DNA of 64,000 bases, taken from Acidobacteriota bacterium (lineage in GTDB: Bacteria > Acidobacteriota > Thermoanaerobaculia > Gp7-AA8). A program made the translations under genes and the position numbers. Location: assembly GCA_019244185.1 (NCBI GenBank), contig JAFATB010000025.1, forward strand, positions 32,001-96,000, written 5' to 3'. Below are positions 53,343 through 62,564 of the stretch, in pieces (the first letter of the stretch is position 1; each line of letters starts with the position of its first letter). The notes below the pieces were generated by a model. It searched no databases. It saw only the letters and a program-made list of their open reading frames with translations, and had not been told where the DNA came from.

Positions 53343-53404
53343 GGAGCGCCTCCGGCGGGCCGGCGCGGCCGGCTGCGCTTAGGGCATAGCCTATTCGCAC
53401 GTGC
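53343..53404. repeat. Half copy of the 5991-6107 palindromic element
   Basis: 41/43 identity to arm 5991-6033, followed by sequence resembling the reverse-complemented loop (GCCTATTCGCACGTGC). Confidence 0.85.
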
Positions 53405-53421
53405 GGCTGCCTGAAGACGGG

Positions 53422-54267
53422 CTACGGTAAGTACGCGCTCGTCGGGACCAGGCAGTAGCGCGGGTGCTCGGCGAACAGCGCCTTGAGGATCGGCTGATGT
53501 CCGGCGCCGATGAGCAAGAGGATGCGGTCGTCGGGCGCGGTGATCTCGAGGATGTTCGTCGCGATGCGCAGATTGCGCTTGTACCAGTTCGTGGCCTCGT
53601 CCGTGTTCTCGTAGAGCGCGACGCCGCTGCCCGGCTCGAGGTTCGCGATCACGTCCCACTGCTGGTTGCGCGCGTAACGCTCGGGCGTGTTGAGGTAGCC
53701 GAGGAACGAGGCGACGGTGCCCGCGCGCAGGCGCTGGTCGTCGTCGGCGACGACCGCGCGGATCTCGCGCATGCGCGGCGAGTCGTCTGCCGCTTTCGTC
53801 TCTGCCGACGCTGGCTTCGGCTTCGGCTCGTGCATCTCCGCCGGGGTGATGCCGCTCATCCACATCGGATAGTCAACGCCCCACACCTTTTCGTGATTGA
53901 GCTTGGCCGCAAGGCGGAAGCCGATCTGCTCGATCTCGTTGCGCGAGAGCGTGTACGTGCCGGCACGGTACTCGGCGTAATGCGCGAGCAGCGGCGAGGT
54001 GCGCGATGCTTCGACGGCGACCTTCGTCGGGTGGAATCGCGCGAGCTTCTCGACGACGTCCGCGATCTCGCGCTGCCGCCGCGCGGAGAGCACGTCGTCC
54101 GCCTCGAGGTTCACCGCATCCTGCCCGGGGTTGCTCATGTGATACGTGCCGAGGATCAGGATCGGTGTGCGGCCGGCAGGACACGGCGGCGGCGCCTGCG
54201 CGACGAGCGGAAGCGCGAGCAGCAGCGAGCAGAGGAGCGAGAGGCGCGCCATCGTCATCGTTCGCAT
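53422..54267 (-). CDS. Exported DUF5694-like (TraB/EreA-like fold) protein
   Basis: LGTYHM.NP, F.PTK.AVE, NE..QIGFRLA, WY.RNL.I, GAGH motifs. Confidence 0.7.
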   Translation of the reverse strand: MRTMTMARLSLLCSLLLALPLVAQAPPPCPAGRTPILILGTYHMSNPGQDAVNLEADDVLSARRQREIADVVEKLARFHPTKVAVEASRTSPLLAHYAEYRAGTYTLSRNEIEQIGFRLAAKLNHEKVWGVDYPMWMSGITPAEMHEPKPKPASAETKAADDSPRMREIRAVVADDDQRLRAGTVASFLGYLNTPERYARNQQWDVIANLEPGSGVALYENTDEATNWYKRNLRIATNILEITAPDDRILLLIGAGHQPILKALFAEHPRYCLVPTSAYLP

Positions 54268-54317
54268 ACGGGGTTCCAGACGCTCGCGTAGTCGTTTCGT
54301 TAGACTGCACGCGCACG

Positions 54318-55388
54318 ATGAGCACCGTACTGACGCGCGTATTTCGCGGAGCGCATCTCGAGTCGCTGCACCGCGGCTCGGTCGCCGTCGTCGATTCGCG
54401 CGGAACGCTCCTCGCCTTTACCGGCGATCCGTCGCTGCGCGCGTGCCTGCGCTCGTCGGCGAAACCGTTTCAGGCGCTGCCGCTTCTCGAGTACGGCGGC
54501 GCGGCCGAATACGAGCTGACCGGCGAAGAGCTCGCGCTCACGTGCGCGTCGCACGGCGGCGAGCCGGTGCACGTCGCGACGGCGGCGGCGCTGCTACGCA
54601 AGGGCGACTTCGATGAGAGCGATCTCCTCTGCGGCGCGCATCTGCCGTACGATGAGAAAGCGGTCGCGGAGCTGCGCGCGTCGGGCGAGCCGCCATCGCC
54701 GCTGCACAACAACTGCTCGGGCAAGCACGCCGGCATGCTGCTCGCGACGCAGGTGATGGACGTGCCGTCCGCGCGCTACATCGACGCCGAGCATCCGCTG
54801 CAGCGCCTCATGCACGCGACGCTCGCCGACTTCGCCGGTCTCACGCCCGACGAAATCCCGACCGCGACGGACGGCTGCGGCGTGCCCGCGTACTTCCTCT
54901 CGCTCTACCGCACCGCGCTCGCGTACGCGCGCCTCATGGCCACCGCGGAAGCATCGGGCACCGCCGGCGCGCTCGAGCGCTACGAGGAAAGCGCGGGACA
55001 GATCGTCGAGTCGATGACCGCGTTCCCCTACTACGTCGCCGGCTCGTGGAGCATGACTACGCCGCTCCTCGCCGCGTTCGGCGGCGAGCTGCTCGCGAAG
55101 GAAGGCGCGGAAGGTTTTTACGCGATGGCGCTCGCGCCGTCGCTCCGCGCCGAATTGACCGCGCGCCTGCGCGTCGCGGATGATGTCGCCATCGGAATCG
55201 CACTGAAGCTCGACGACGGCAACATGGACCGCGGCCGCAATCCCGCCATCCTCCGCACGCTCGAGCTCCTCGGCATCGATCCCGACGCGCGCCCCGAGTT
55301 GCTGCCCTATCGTCAGACCGCGCTCTACAACCCGGCCGGCACGTACGTCGGCGACATTCGTGCAGACTTCGATCTGGAGGTTCTGTGA
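54318..55388 (+). CDS. L-asparaginase II (Rhizobium AnsA-type)
   Basis: RSSAKPFQA, ASH.G, NNCSGKHAG, DGCG.P, K.GAEG motifs. Confidence 0.92.
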   Translation: MSTVLTRVFRGAHLESLHRGSVAVVDSRGTLLAFTGDPSLRACLRSSAKPFQALPLLEYGGAAEYELTGEELALTCASHGGEPVHVATAAALLRKGDFDESDLLCGAHLPYDEKAVAELRASGEPPSPLHNNCSGKHAGMLLATQVMDVPSARYIDAEHPLQRLMHATLADFAGLTPDEIPTATDGCGVPAYFLSLYRTALAYARLMATAEASGTAGALERYEESAGQIVESMTAFPYYVAGSWSMTTPLLAAFGGELLAKEGAEGFYAMALAPSLRAELTARLRVADDVAIGIALKLDDGNMDRGRNPAILRTLELLGIDPDARPELLPYRQTALYNPAGTYVGDIRADFDLEVL

Positions 55389-55810
55389 CCCGCATTCTCA
55401 AGTTCTGCCTTCTGCCTTCTGCCCTCTGCCTTCTGTTGTCCGCCTGTAAAACGGTCGGCGTCTCGACGACCGCGGGCGGCTTCGCCGAGGTCTCGCCGAC
55501 GATCGCGAATGAAATGATTCTCGATTCGCGGCAGGTCGTGATCCTCGACGTGCGTCCGGCGTCCGCGTATCGCGGTCCCGAAGGACACGTCGCGAGCGCG
55601 CTCAGCGCGCCCTTCGAGACCATCGAGCGGCAGTTGCCGGAGCTGCTGCCGTATCAGAACCAGACCGTTCTCATCTACGGTGAGACCGATGCCGACGGCG
55701 AGCTCGCGGCAAAGCTTCTCAGCCTCGCCGGCTTCCGCAACGTCGTACACGTGTCGGGCGGTCTGCGCGCGTGGATTGAACGCGGCTATCGCACTGTTAA
55801 CGCGCAATGA
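55385..55810 (+). CDS. Rhodanese-like lipoprotein
   Basis: LSAC lipobox; ILDVR, GH, GF.NV..GG..AW motifs; catalytic Cys absent. Confidence 0.82.
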   Translation: MTRILKFCLLPSALCLLLSACKTVGVSTTAGGFAEVSPTIANEMILDSRQVVILDVRPASAYRGPEGHVASALSAPFETIERQLPELLPYQNQTVLIYGETDADGELAAKLLSLAGFRNVVHVSGGLRAWIERGYRTVNAQ

Positions 55811-56940
55811 TCATGAAACGAGCTCTTCTCGGAATCGCGATTCTCGTCCTGCCGTACAGCGCCCACGCCCAGCAGAAAATGGACGCGGCCACGCTGCGCA
55901 ACTACGCCGCGAAAGCGCTGCCGCGCTGTCCCGGCGGCATCCTGACGCTCGACCCGATTGCCACCGGTCCGCGCAACTTCACCGCGTACACCGCGACGCT
56001 GCGCTCGTCCGATCAGTACTGCGGACAGCAGAAGTACCTGCTGTTCTCGCCGTCGACGCAACAGATCATCATCGGCAGCGTGATCGAGCTGCCCGCCGAC
56101 GGCCGCCCCGCCGCCGCGCGCGTGACGCAGAAGGGCTCGGAGCTCCTCGGCAAGCAGGTCACGGCGACGGTCGCGCCGTTCCCGCTGCCCGACGGACTCA
56201 AGGCCGTCACCATCTCGCGCGAGACGCCGAACGGCTCGTTCGGCTATCACGGCTTCATCGACGCGTCCGAGCAGTACCTCATCGTCGGCATGCGCGGCAA
56301 TCTCAACACCGATCCCGCGAAGACGCTGCGCGACACGCTCGGTACCGGCACCGCGGTCCGCCGCGGCAACGCGAAGTCGCCGCTCGAGATCATCGAGCTC
56401 TCCGACTTCGAGTGCCCCACCTGCGGCCGCGCGCACGGGCTCGTCGAGCCGATCATCCGCAAGAGTCTCGACAAGATCAACTACGCGCGCCTCGATCTCC
56501 CGCTCTTCGAAATGCACGAATGGGCACTGTCGGCAGCCATGGGCGCGCGCGCCATCCAGCGCGTGGCGCCGGCGAAGTACTGGGATTACGTCGACTACGT
56601 CTTCAAGAATCAGGAGACCATCGGCAAGCAGCAGATCGACAAGTTCGTGCAGAACTACTGCGAGGACCACGACATCGACTGGAACGCCGCGCAGAAGATC
56701 TACACGTCGAAAACCGAGCGCCAGGCGCTCCTCGATCAGGTCAGCCGCGCCTTCGCCATCGGCGTGGCGTCGACGCCGACGTACATCGTGAACGGCCAGA
56801 TCCTCGGCTTCGGCCCCGAAGGCGCGTTCACGATCGAACAGATCAAGAACGCGATCGCGGCCACCCCCGACACGCCGGCGAAAGCGAGCACCAAGCCGGC
56901 CGCGAAACCGCCGGTGAAGAGCACGAAGAAGCCGAAGTAG
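55807..56940 (+). CDS. DsbA/DsbG-like thioredoxin-fold exported protein
   Basis: SDFECPTC and GV.STPT..VNG motifs. Confidence 0.88.
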   Translation: MIMKRALLGIAILVLPYSAHAQQKMDAATLRNYAAKALPRCPGGILTLDPIATGPRNFTAYTATLRSSDQYCGQQKYLLFSPSTQQIIIGSVIELPADGRPAAARVTQKGSELLGKQVTATVAPFPLPDGLKAVTISRETPNGSFGYHGFIDASEQYLIVGMRGNLNTDPAKTLRDTLGTGTAVRRGNAKSPLEIIELSDFECPTCGRAHGLVEPIIRKSLDKINYARLDLPLFEMHEWALSAAMGARAIQRVAPAKYWDYVDYVFKNQETIGKQQIDKFVQNYCEDHDIDWNAAQKIYTSKTERQALLDQVSRAFAIGVASTPTYIVNGQILGFGPEGAFTIEQIKNAIAATPDTPAKASTKPAAKPPVKSTKKPK

Positions 56941-57756
56941 CTACAGGCCGAAACTGATCTTCGCGGCGTAGCTCCGCTTCTCCGCCTGCGTCGCCTCGAT
57001 GACGATCTTCGGCAGGAGCAGCGAGAGCTTCAGCCCGAGCGTGACGCGCTGGTCTTCGTGCCGGTCGCGGAAGACGAGCTCCGGCGTCGTCACGCGTCCC
57101 TCGGCGTTGCTGCGCGCGCGGCCATACGCGGCGTACGGCGTCAGCGGTCCGAAGCCTTTCGAGAGGAAGACCTCGACGCCGTACGTCTTGAGATCGTAGT
57201 TGTCGACGCCCCGGAGCTTCGCGTACGAGCCGCGCAGGGCGAGTGTCGGCTTCAGCAGACCGCCGTTGATGATCGGCACGTCGAGGGCGCCGCCCCAGAC
57301 GTTGATGCTGCTCCCCTGCACGCGCGAGTACATCGCGGAGATCGTCGCCGACGAGAGTCCTTTCGACACGACGACGCGCGGCACGGCGACGTAGTTGCTG
57401 ATCGAGAAGTCGTCGTTCACCGCGTGCTGCCAGTACGCGGCGTTCGTGTCGACCGGCACCGCCGTCGCGGCGACGCCGACGTCGAAGCCGAGGATGCCGC
57501 GAGCGCGCGCCGGCTCGACGGGAGTCGCGTAGATGCCCTGCGCGACGAGGCGCGAGAAGGTCGAGAACTCCTGCTGCGTCGTCGCCGGATCGAAGGAGAT
57601 GTCCTCGTTCTGCGCGAACGCAAAGGGCGCCAGCGCGCAGAGGATCAGAAGAGCTGCGACATGAGCTCGTTGCTTTGCAGAAATCCCGCGGGCGTGAACG
57701 CGACGCTCCCGCCCACCCGATGCAGCCACCCGTCCTTCAGTCCACGTTCCGTCCAT
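56941..57756 (-). CDS. Probable outer-membrane beta-barrel protein (start uncertain; signal peptide near 57660-57610)
   Basis: ALLILCALAPFAFAQ signal; amphipathic beta strands; ends KISFGL. Confidence 0.6.
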   Translation of the reverse strand: MDGTWTEGRVAASGGRERRVHARGISAKQRAHVAALLILCALAPFAFAQNEDISFDPATTQQEFSTFSRLVAQGIYATPVEPARARGILGFDVGVAATAVPVDTNAAYWQHAVNDDFSISNYVAVPRVVVSKGLSSATISAMYSRVQGSSINVWGGALDVPIINGGLLKPTLALRGSYAKLRGVDNYDLKTYGVEVFLSKGFGPLTPYAAYGRARSNAEGRVTTPELVFRDRHEDQRVTLGLKLSLLLPKIVIEATQAEKRSYAAKISFGL

Positions 57757-58736
57757 TCGATGCCCTCCTGCCCGCATAGCTCCACGAGCCGCGCATAGTG
57801 TAAGCCGGAGGTCTGGCGCAGCCCGAGGAAGATCGCCTCGCGACGAACTTCATCGGCGCCGAGCGTTTCGTGGAAGTCGCGCGCGTGCGGCGCGGCGTCG
57901 ATGTAGCGGCGAAGGTCGCGCGTATTCGCGAAGCGCTCGCCGCCGATGAACGAGTGCGCGCCGAGGCCGAAGCCGTGATATTCGCCGCGCGTCCAATAGC
58001 GAAGGTTGTGGCGGCAGATCTCGCCGTCGCGCGCGAAATTGCTGATCTCGTACTGCGCGAGCCCCGCGCGCGCGAGACGTTCGATCGCGTCGACGTACAG
58101 CGTCGCCACGAGGTCGTCGTCCGGCAACGTCACGCGCCCGCGCTCGACCTGCACGCCGAGCGGCGTCTTCTCGTCGAGGTCGAGCATGTATAGCGAGAGA
58201 TGCCCCGCGCCGAGGTCGACCGCGGTGTCGAGCGTCTCGCGAAACGACTCGGATGTCTGTCCCGGCAACCCGAGCATGAGATCGAGGTTCGTGCGCATGC
58301 CGCTCGCGGCGACGGCGCGGATCGCCTCGATCGCGCGCACGCGATCGTGCACGCGCGCAATCGCGCGCAGCTCGTCGTCGTGAAACGACTGCACGCCGAT
58401 GGAGACGCGATTCACGCCGAGCGCGCGCCACCCCTCGATCGCATCCGAGGTCACGTCCTCGGGATTCGCCTCGATCGAAAGCTCCGCATCATCCGCGATC
58501 GCGAATCGCTCGCGCAGCCGCGCAAACACGCGCTCGAGCAACGCGACTGAAGTCCGCGACGGCGTCCCCCCGCCAAAGTACACCGTGCCCACCGCGCTGC
58601 CCCGCGGCGCCGCCTCGATCTCGCGCAGCAACGCCTCGACGTACGCCTCCTGCTGCGAGAGATCGGTCGAGATCGCGAACGGGCAGTAGGTGCAGTGGGT
58701 GTGGCAGAACGGGAGGTGGAGGTAGAGGGAGAACAT
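57645..58736 (-). CDS. hemW: Radical SAM heme chaperone HemW
   Basis: LYLHLPFC...CTYC, YFGGGTPS, YEISNF, HN..YW motifs. Confidence 0.93.
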   Translation of the reverse strand: MFSLYLHLPFCHTHCTYCPFAISTDLSQQEAYVEALLREIEAAPRGSAVGTVYFGGGTPSRTSVALLERVFARLRERFAIADDAELSIEANPEDVTSDAIEGWRALGVNRVSIGVQSFHDDELRAIARVHDRVRAIEAIRAVAASGMRTNLDLMLGLPGQTSESFRETLDTAVDLGAGHLSLYMLDLDEKTPLGVQVERGRVTLPDDDLVATLYVDAIERLARAGLAQYEISNFARDGEICRHNLRYWTRGEYHGFGLGAHSFIGGERFANTRDLRRYIDAAPHARDFHETLGADEVRREAIFLGLRQTSGLHYARLVELCGQEGIEWTERGLKDGWLHRVGGSVAFTPAGFLQSNELMSQLF

Positions 58737-58737
58737 C

Positions 58738-58823
58738 GAATGCAGAACGCAGAATGAAGAATTGAGAATTCGCGCCGTGCGCGCTTTCTTCATTCTGCAT
58801 TCTGCGTTCTGCATTCTTCATTC
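58738..58823. repeat. Heptamer-built palindromic element, copy B
   Basis: GAATGCAGAACGCAGAATGAAGAATTGAGAA...TTCTTCATTCTGCATTCTGCGTTCTGCATTC. Confidence 0.9.
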
Positions 58824-58848
58824 ATCGTTCCCTTATACTTTTCCCGCA

Positions 58849-60573
58849 ATGCCCTCCCTCCCCGCTCCCCGCCCCCGTCTTCTCTGGACTCTCCTCGGAG
58901 CCATGGTGCTGGTGGGGCTGTTGCCGCTCGTCGTCTCGCACTACTTTCTGATCGGCATCAACCGCGAGTCGCTCGAGACGCTGGAGAAGAAGTATCTGAC
59001 GCGCTCCGCGGTCGGGATCGCGGACGATCTCGAGAACCTCCTCGCGAGCAATCATCAGCAGCTGGCGCAGATCGGCGGGAGCATCCGCATGATGCGCGAG
59101 GCGCTGCCGGCGGGCACGGATCCCTTCACGCAATCGGGGCAGGGACGCTGGATCGCCGACTTCATCACGCCGGACAGCGATCTCATCGCGCTGCGCGCGC
59201 TCAACACGGGCGGCACCGGCGCGGAGGCGATGCCCGCGGAGATCGACGCGGCGGTGCTCAAGGAAATGAACCTCGCGCGCGACGTCGCGCTCGCGGGGCA
59301 GGAATCGACCGGGCACATCATCGAGCTCGCGTCGACGAATCAACCCGCGGTGGTGCTCTCCGTCCCCGTGAAGGACGGCAACACGATCGTCGGCGCGGTC
59401 GTGGGACTCGTGAGCCTGCGCCGCATCGTCGAGCGCGTGCGCGAAGAAGGCAAAGGCGACGTCGCCGCGTTCCTCGTCGACCGCGACGGACGCGTCCTCA
59501 TCCACAGCGAGCCGTCGATCGAAGTGCAGCATCCGAGCTACGCGAACCTGAAGATCGTGCAGGACTTCATGCGCGCGCCGCTGCGGCTCACGGAGTCGTA
59601 TCAGGAGTCGCGCGACGGCCGGACGGTGAAGCTCCTCGGCACCGTCGCACCGGCGCGGCCGAACGTCGGCGTCATCGTGCAGAAGCCGGAAGCGCGCGCC
59701 TTCGCGTCGGTCGATCAGATGATCCGCGCGACGATCCAGTGGGGCGCGATCGCGCTGCTCCTCGCCATCGCGTTCTCGACCTTCTTCGCGTCCGGCATCG
59801 CGCGGCCGATCCGCGTCCTCGCCGAACGCACGCGCGAGATCGCGCAAGGCAACTACCAGCAGCGCGTCGCGCTGAAGACGCACAACGAGATCGGCGACCT
59901 CGCGCAGAACTTCAACGTGATGTCGGAGTCGATCGAGCACGCGGTCGAACAGCTCAAACGCGCCGCGCACGAGAATCATCTGCTCTTCATCAACTCCGTG
60001 CGCATGCTCGCCGCCGCGATCGACGCGAAGGATCCGTACACGCGCGGCCATTCCGAACGCGTCGCGCGCTACTCGATCGGCATCGGCAAGAACCTCGGCC
60101 TGCCTGACAAAGAGATGCGCGACCTCCGCATCAGCGCGCTGCTGCACGACGTCGGCAAGATCGGCATCGACGACCGCATCCTGCGCAAGCCCGGCGCGCT
60201 CAGCGACGACGAGTTCGATATCATGAAGCAGCATCCCGCGAAGGGCGCGGCGATCATGGCCGGCGTCGCGCAGCTGATCGACATCATCCCGGGCATGAAG
60301 TACCACCACGAGAAGTGGTCCGGCGGCGGCTATCCCGACGGCCTCGAAGGCGAACAGATTCCGGTGCAGGCGCGCATCGTGGCCATCGCCGACACGTTCG
60401 ACGCGATGACGACGAACCGTCCGTATCAGAAGGCGATGGAGCTCGGCTACGTCGTCGAGAAGATCAAGAGCTTCGCCGGCACGCGCTTCGATCCGCGCGT
60501 GGTCGAGGCGTTCGTGCAGGCCGTCAAGCGCGGCGACATCCAGATCGACGAGCAAGTGCGAGGCGCCGCCTGA
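58849..60573 (+). CDS. Membrane HD-GYP cyclic-dinucleotide phosphodiesterase with Cache-like and HAMP domains
   Basis: KDPYT.GHS.RV, LHDVGK, HHEKW.G.GYP, AD.FDAMT..RPY motifs. Confidence 0.93.
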   Translation: MPSLPAPRPRLLWTLLGAMVLVGLLPLVVSHYFLIGINRESLETLEKKYLTRSAVGIADDLENLLASNHQQLAQIGGSIRMMREALPAGTDPFTQSGQGRWIADFITPDSDLIALRALNTGGTGAEAMPAEIDAAVLKEMNLARDVALAGQESTGHIIELASTNQPAVVLSVPVKDGNTIVGAVVGLVSLRRIVERVREEGKGDVAAFLVDRDGRVLIHSEPSIEVQHPSYANLKIVQDFMRAPLRLTESYQESRDGRTVKLLGTVAPARPNVGVIVQKPEARAFASVDQMIRATIQWGAIALLLAIAFSTFFASGIARPIRVLAERTREIAQGNYQQRVALKTHNEIGDLAQNFNVMSESIEHAVEQLKRAAHENHLLFINSVRMLAAAIDAKDPYTRGHSERVARYSIGIGKNLGLPDKEMRDLRISALLHDVGKIGIDDRILRKPGALSDDEFDIMKQHPAKGAAIMAGVAQLIDIIPGMKYHHEKWSGGGYPDGLEGEQIPVQARIVAIADTFDAMTTNRPYQKAMELGYVVEKIKSFAGTRFDPRVVEAFVQAVKRGDIQIDEQVRGAA

Positions 60574-61283
60574 CCCGGCTTCTCCTCGCGCTGCTCGTTG
60601 CCGTTCCTCTCTTCGCCGCGTCGAGCTCCGCCTGCGACCGCAGCGTCTCGTACATCCTGCGCGGCGAGTACGACGCGGCGCTGAAGCAACTGCAGGGCGC
60701 GAAAGCCTCCGGCGGATCCGCCGCCGAGCTCGAAGATCTCCGCGGACTCGCGCAGCTGCTCGCTGGCGACGCGCGCGGCGCGCTGGCGAGCTTCGACCGC
60801 GCGCTCGCGTTGCAGCCGAAGCTCGACTCCGCGCGCCTCAATCGCGGCGTGGCGCTGCTGCAGCTCGGCCAGTACGCGAACGCGTCGGCGCAGCTCGAAG
60901 CGCTCTTCGCCGACGAGCACGCGGCGCATCGCGCCGACGCCGCGTATCACGACGCCATCGCCCTCGATCGCCTCGGCCGCGCCGCCGATGCCGAGGCGTG
61001 GCTCGACAAGGCACGCGCACTCGATGAGACGCTCGACGCCGCGCTGCTCTATCAGGGCGCGCTGCGCGAGCGCCGCGGCGACCTGCAGTCTGCCGGCCGC
61101 GCGTATCTCGCGTACCTCAACGCGCATCCCGACTCGACGCAGGCGATGCTGCGCTTCGGTCTCGCCGCGCAGAAGTCGGGACGCATCGACGTCGCGAAAC
61201 AATATCTGCAGAAAGTCATCGCGCAGGCGCCGCGCTCGCTCGACGCGGTCGAGGCGCGGAAGTACCTCGTGCTGTGGGAGTAG
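60570..61283 (+). CDS. Exported tetratricopeptide-repeat protein (probable CTG start)
   Basis: LTRLLLALLVAVPLFAA signal begins at the CTG overlapping the upstream TGA; TPR motifs follow. Confidence 0.8.
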   Translation: MTRLLLALLVAVPLFAASSSACDRSVSYILRGEYDAALKQLQGAKASGGSAAELEDLRGLAQLLAGDARGALASFDRALALQPKLDSARLNRGVALLQLGQYANASAQLEALFADEHAAHRADAAYHDAIALDRLGRAADAEAWLDKARALDETLDAALLYQGALRERRGDLQSAGRAYLAYLNAHPDSTQAMLRFGLAAQKSGRIDVAKQYLQKVIAQAPRSLDAVEARKYLVLWE

Positions 61284-61287
61284 CCGC

Positions 61288-61647
61288 GTGTTCCGCCTGA
61301 TCCTGCACGAGCTGCTCGCAACGACTTCCGGCGCCATCGCGGCGCTGTTCCTCGACTATGAAGGCGAGACCGTGGAGCTGGTCTGCGACCGCGATCTCGA
61401 CGACCACACGCTGCGCATCCTCGGCGCATACCAGGGCATCTTCCTCACGCGCCTGCGCGAGCTCTGCGCGCACCTCGAGGCGGGCGCGCCGCAGCGCTAC
61501 AAGATCGACTTCGCCGAGCACAGCGTGCTCAGCTCCGATCTGAAGGACGGCTACTACCTCGTCCTCCTCGCCGACGCCACGCTCAATGAGGGCGTGGCGT
61601 GGCGGAAGATCGAGAAGTGCCGCGAGCGGCTGCTTGCGGAGATCTGA
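61288..61647 (+). CDS. Roadblock/LC7-like protein
   Basis: F..IL.EL...GAIAA.F.D.EGE.V...Y.LVL pattern. Confidence 0.6.
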   Translation: MFRLILHELLATTSGAIAALFLDYEGETVELVCDRDLDDHTLRILGAYQGIFLTRLRELCAHLEAGAPQRYKIDFAEHSVLSSDLKDGYYLVLLADATLNEGVAWRKIEKCRERLLAEI

Positions 61648-61651
61648 GCCG

Positions 61652-61966
61652 CTACGATTCTTCGAGCGCCTCGAGACTGGAGAGGATGCTCTCGATGCGG
61701 TCGCGCACTTCGCCGCGCTCGCGTTTGAAGCGGTCGTGTTCTTCCTCGAGCGACTCGAGGCGCGTGGACGTGTCGTCGTGATCGCGCAGGCGCGACTCGA
61801 GCTCGTCGACGCGCGCGCGCAGCTGTTCGCGCTCGCGGCGCAGGTCCTGAATCATGGCCACGGCTTTCTCGACGCGCTCGCCGAGGCGCGCGAGAATCTC
61901 GCTCTCGCCGCTGGTGTCGGTATCGGCGTCGGACGTCGTGGAATCGTTGTCTCGGTTCTTTTTCAT
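61652..61966 (-). CDS. ZapB-like coiled-coil protein
   Basis: L..L..RVEKAV..I..LR.E heptads; ER..VR.RIE.IL. Confidence 0.6.
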   Translation of the reverse strand: MKKNRDNDSTTSDADTDTSGESEILARLGERVEKAVAMIQDLRREREQLRARVDELESRLRDHDDTSTRLESLEEEHDRFKRERGEVRDRIESILSSLEALEES

Positions 61967-61984
61967 AGGCGGCGCGGATTGTAG

Positions 61985-62554
61985 CTATTTCTTCGCCGGA
62001 GTCAGCAGCCCAATGCGCTCGTTCCTGCGCGACGCGTCCATGACGCGCTGCAGACGCCGCTCGCGCGTCGCCTCCTGCTTGGCCGACATCACGTGGAACG
62101 AGAGCCAGCGGCGATAGCCCGGCGGCTGCGCTGCCCAGAACTTCCATGCTTTCGCGTCGGCGCGGAACTTCTCCTCGTACTCCGGCGAGAGCTCGCGCGG
62201 CTGTTCCGCGTACGAGTACACCGCGGGCTTTCCCCGCTCGAAGGCCGCGAGTCCGGCCGGCTGGATGCGGCCGAGCGCGCGCAGCTCGTCGAAGCGTTTG
62301 AGGTTCACCTTGCTCCACTTGCTCTGCGCGCGTCGCGGCGTGAAGCGGATCGTGTAGCTCGTGTCGTCGAGTCGCCGCCGCACGCCGTCGATCCAGCCGA
62401 AGCAGAGCGCCTCGTCGACCGACTCCGGCCAGGTCATGCTCTTCTTTCCCGAGTCGACCTTGTGGAAGCCGACGAGCAGCTCGGTCGCGGATTCGTGGTG
62501 CTTCGCGAGCCAGCGGCGGAAGGCGGCGGGAGTCTCGAAGAAGGTCGGCGTCAC
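61985..62554 (-). CDS. YdeI/OmpD-associated family protein
   Basis: FR.WL..HH, EALCFGWIDG, FTPRR..S.WS..N, AK..TR.RRL motifs. Confidence 0.92.
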   Translation of the reverse strand: MTPTFFETPAAFRRWLAKHHESATELLVGFHKVDSGKKSMTWPESVDEALCFGWIDGVRRRLDDTSYTIRFTPRRAQSKWSKVNLKRFDELRALGRIQPAGLAAFERGKPAVYSYAEQPRELSPEYEEKFRADAKAWKFWAAQPPGYRRWLSFHVMSAKQEATRERRLQRVMDASRRNERIGLLTPAKK

Positions 62555-62564
62555 GCGGAGGATT

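Noticed and set aside
58737-58848. N-terminal extensions of hemW (MQNAECRMKK...) and HD-GYP, and small ORFs 10079-10267 and 63512-63703
   Set aside because: These are translations of the heptamer palindromic repeats, not protein-like sequence.
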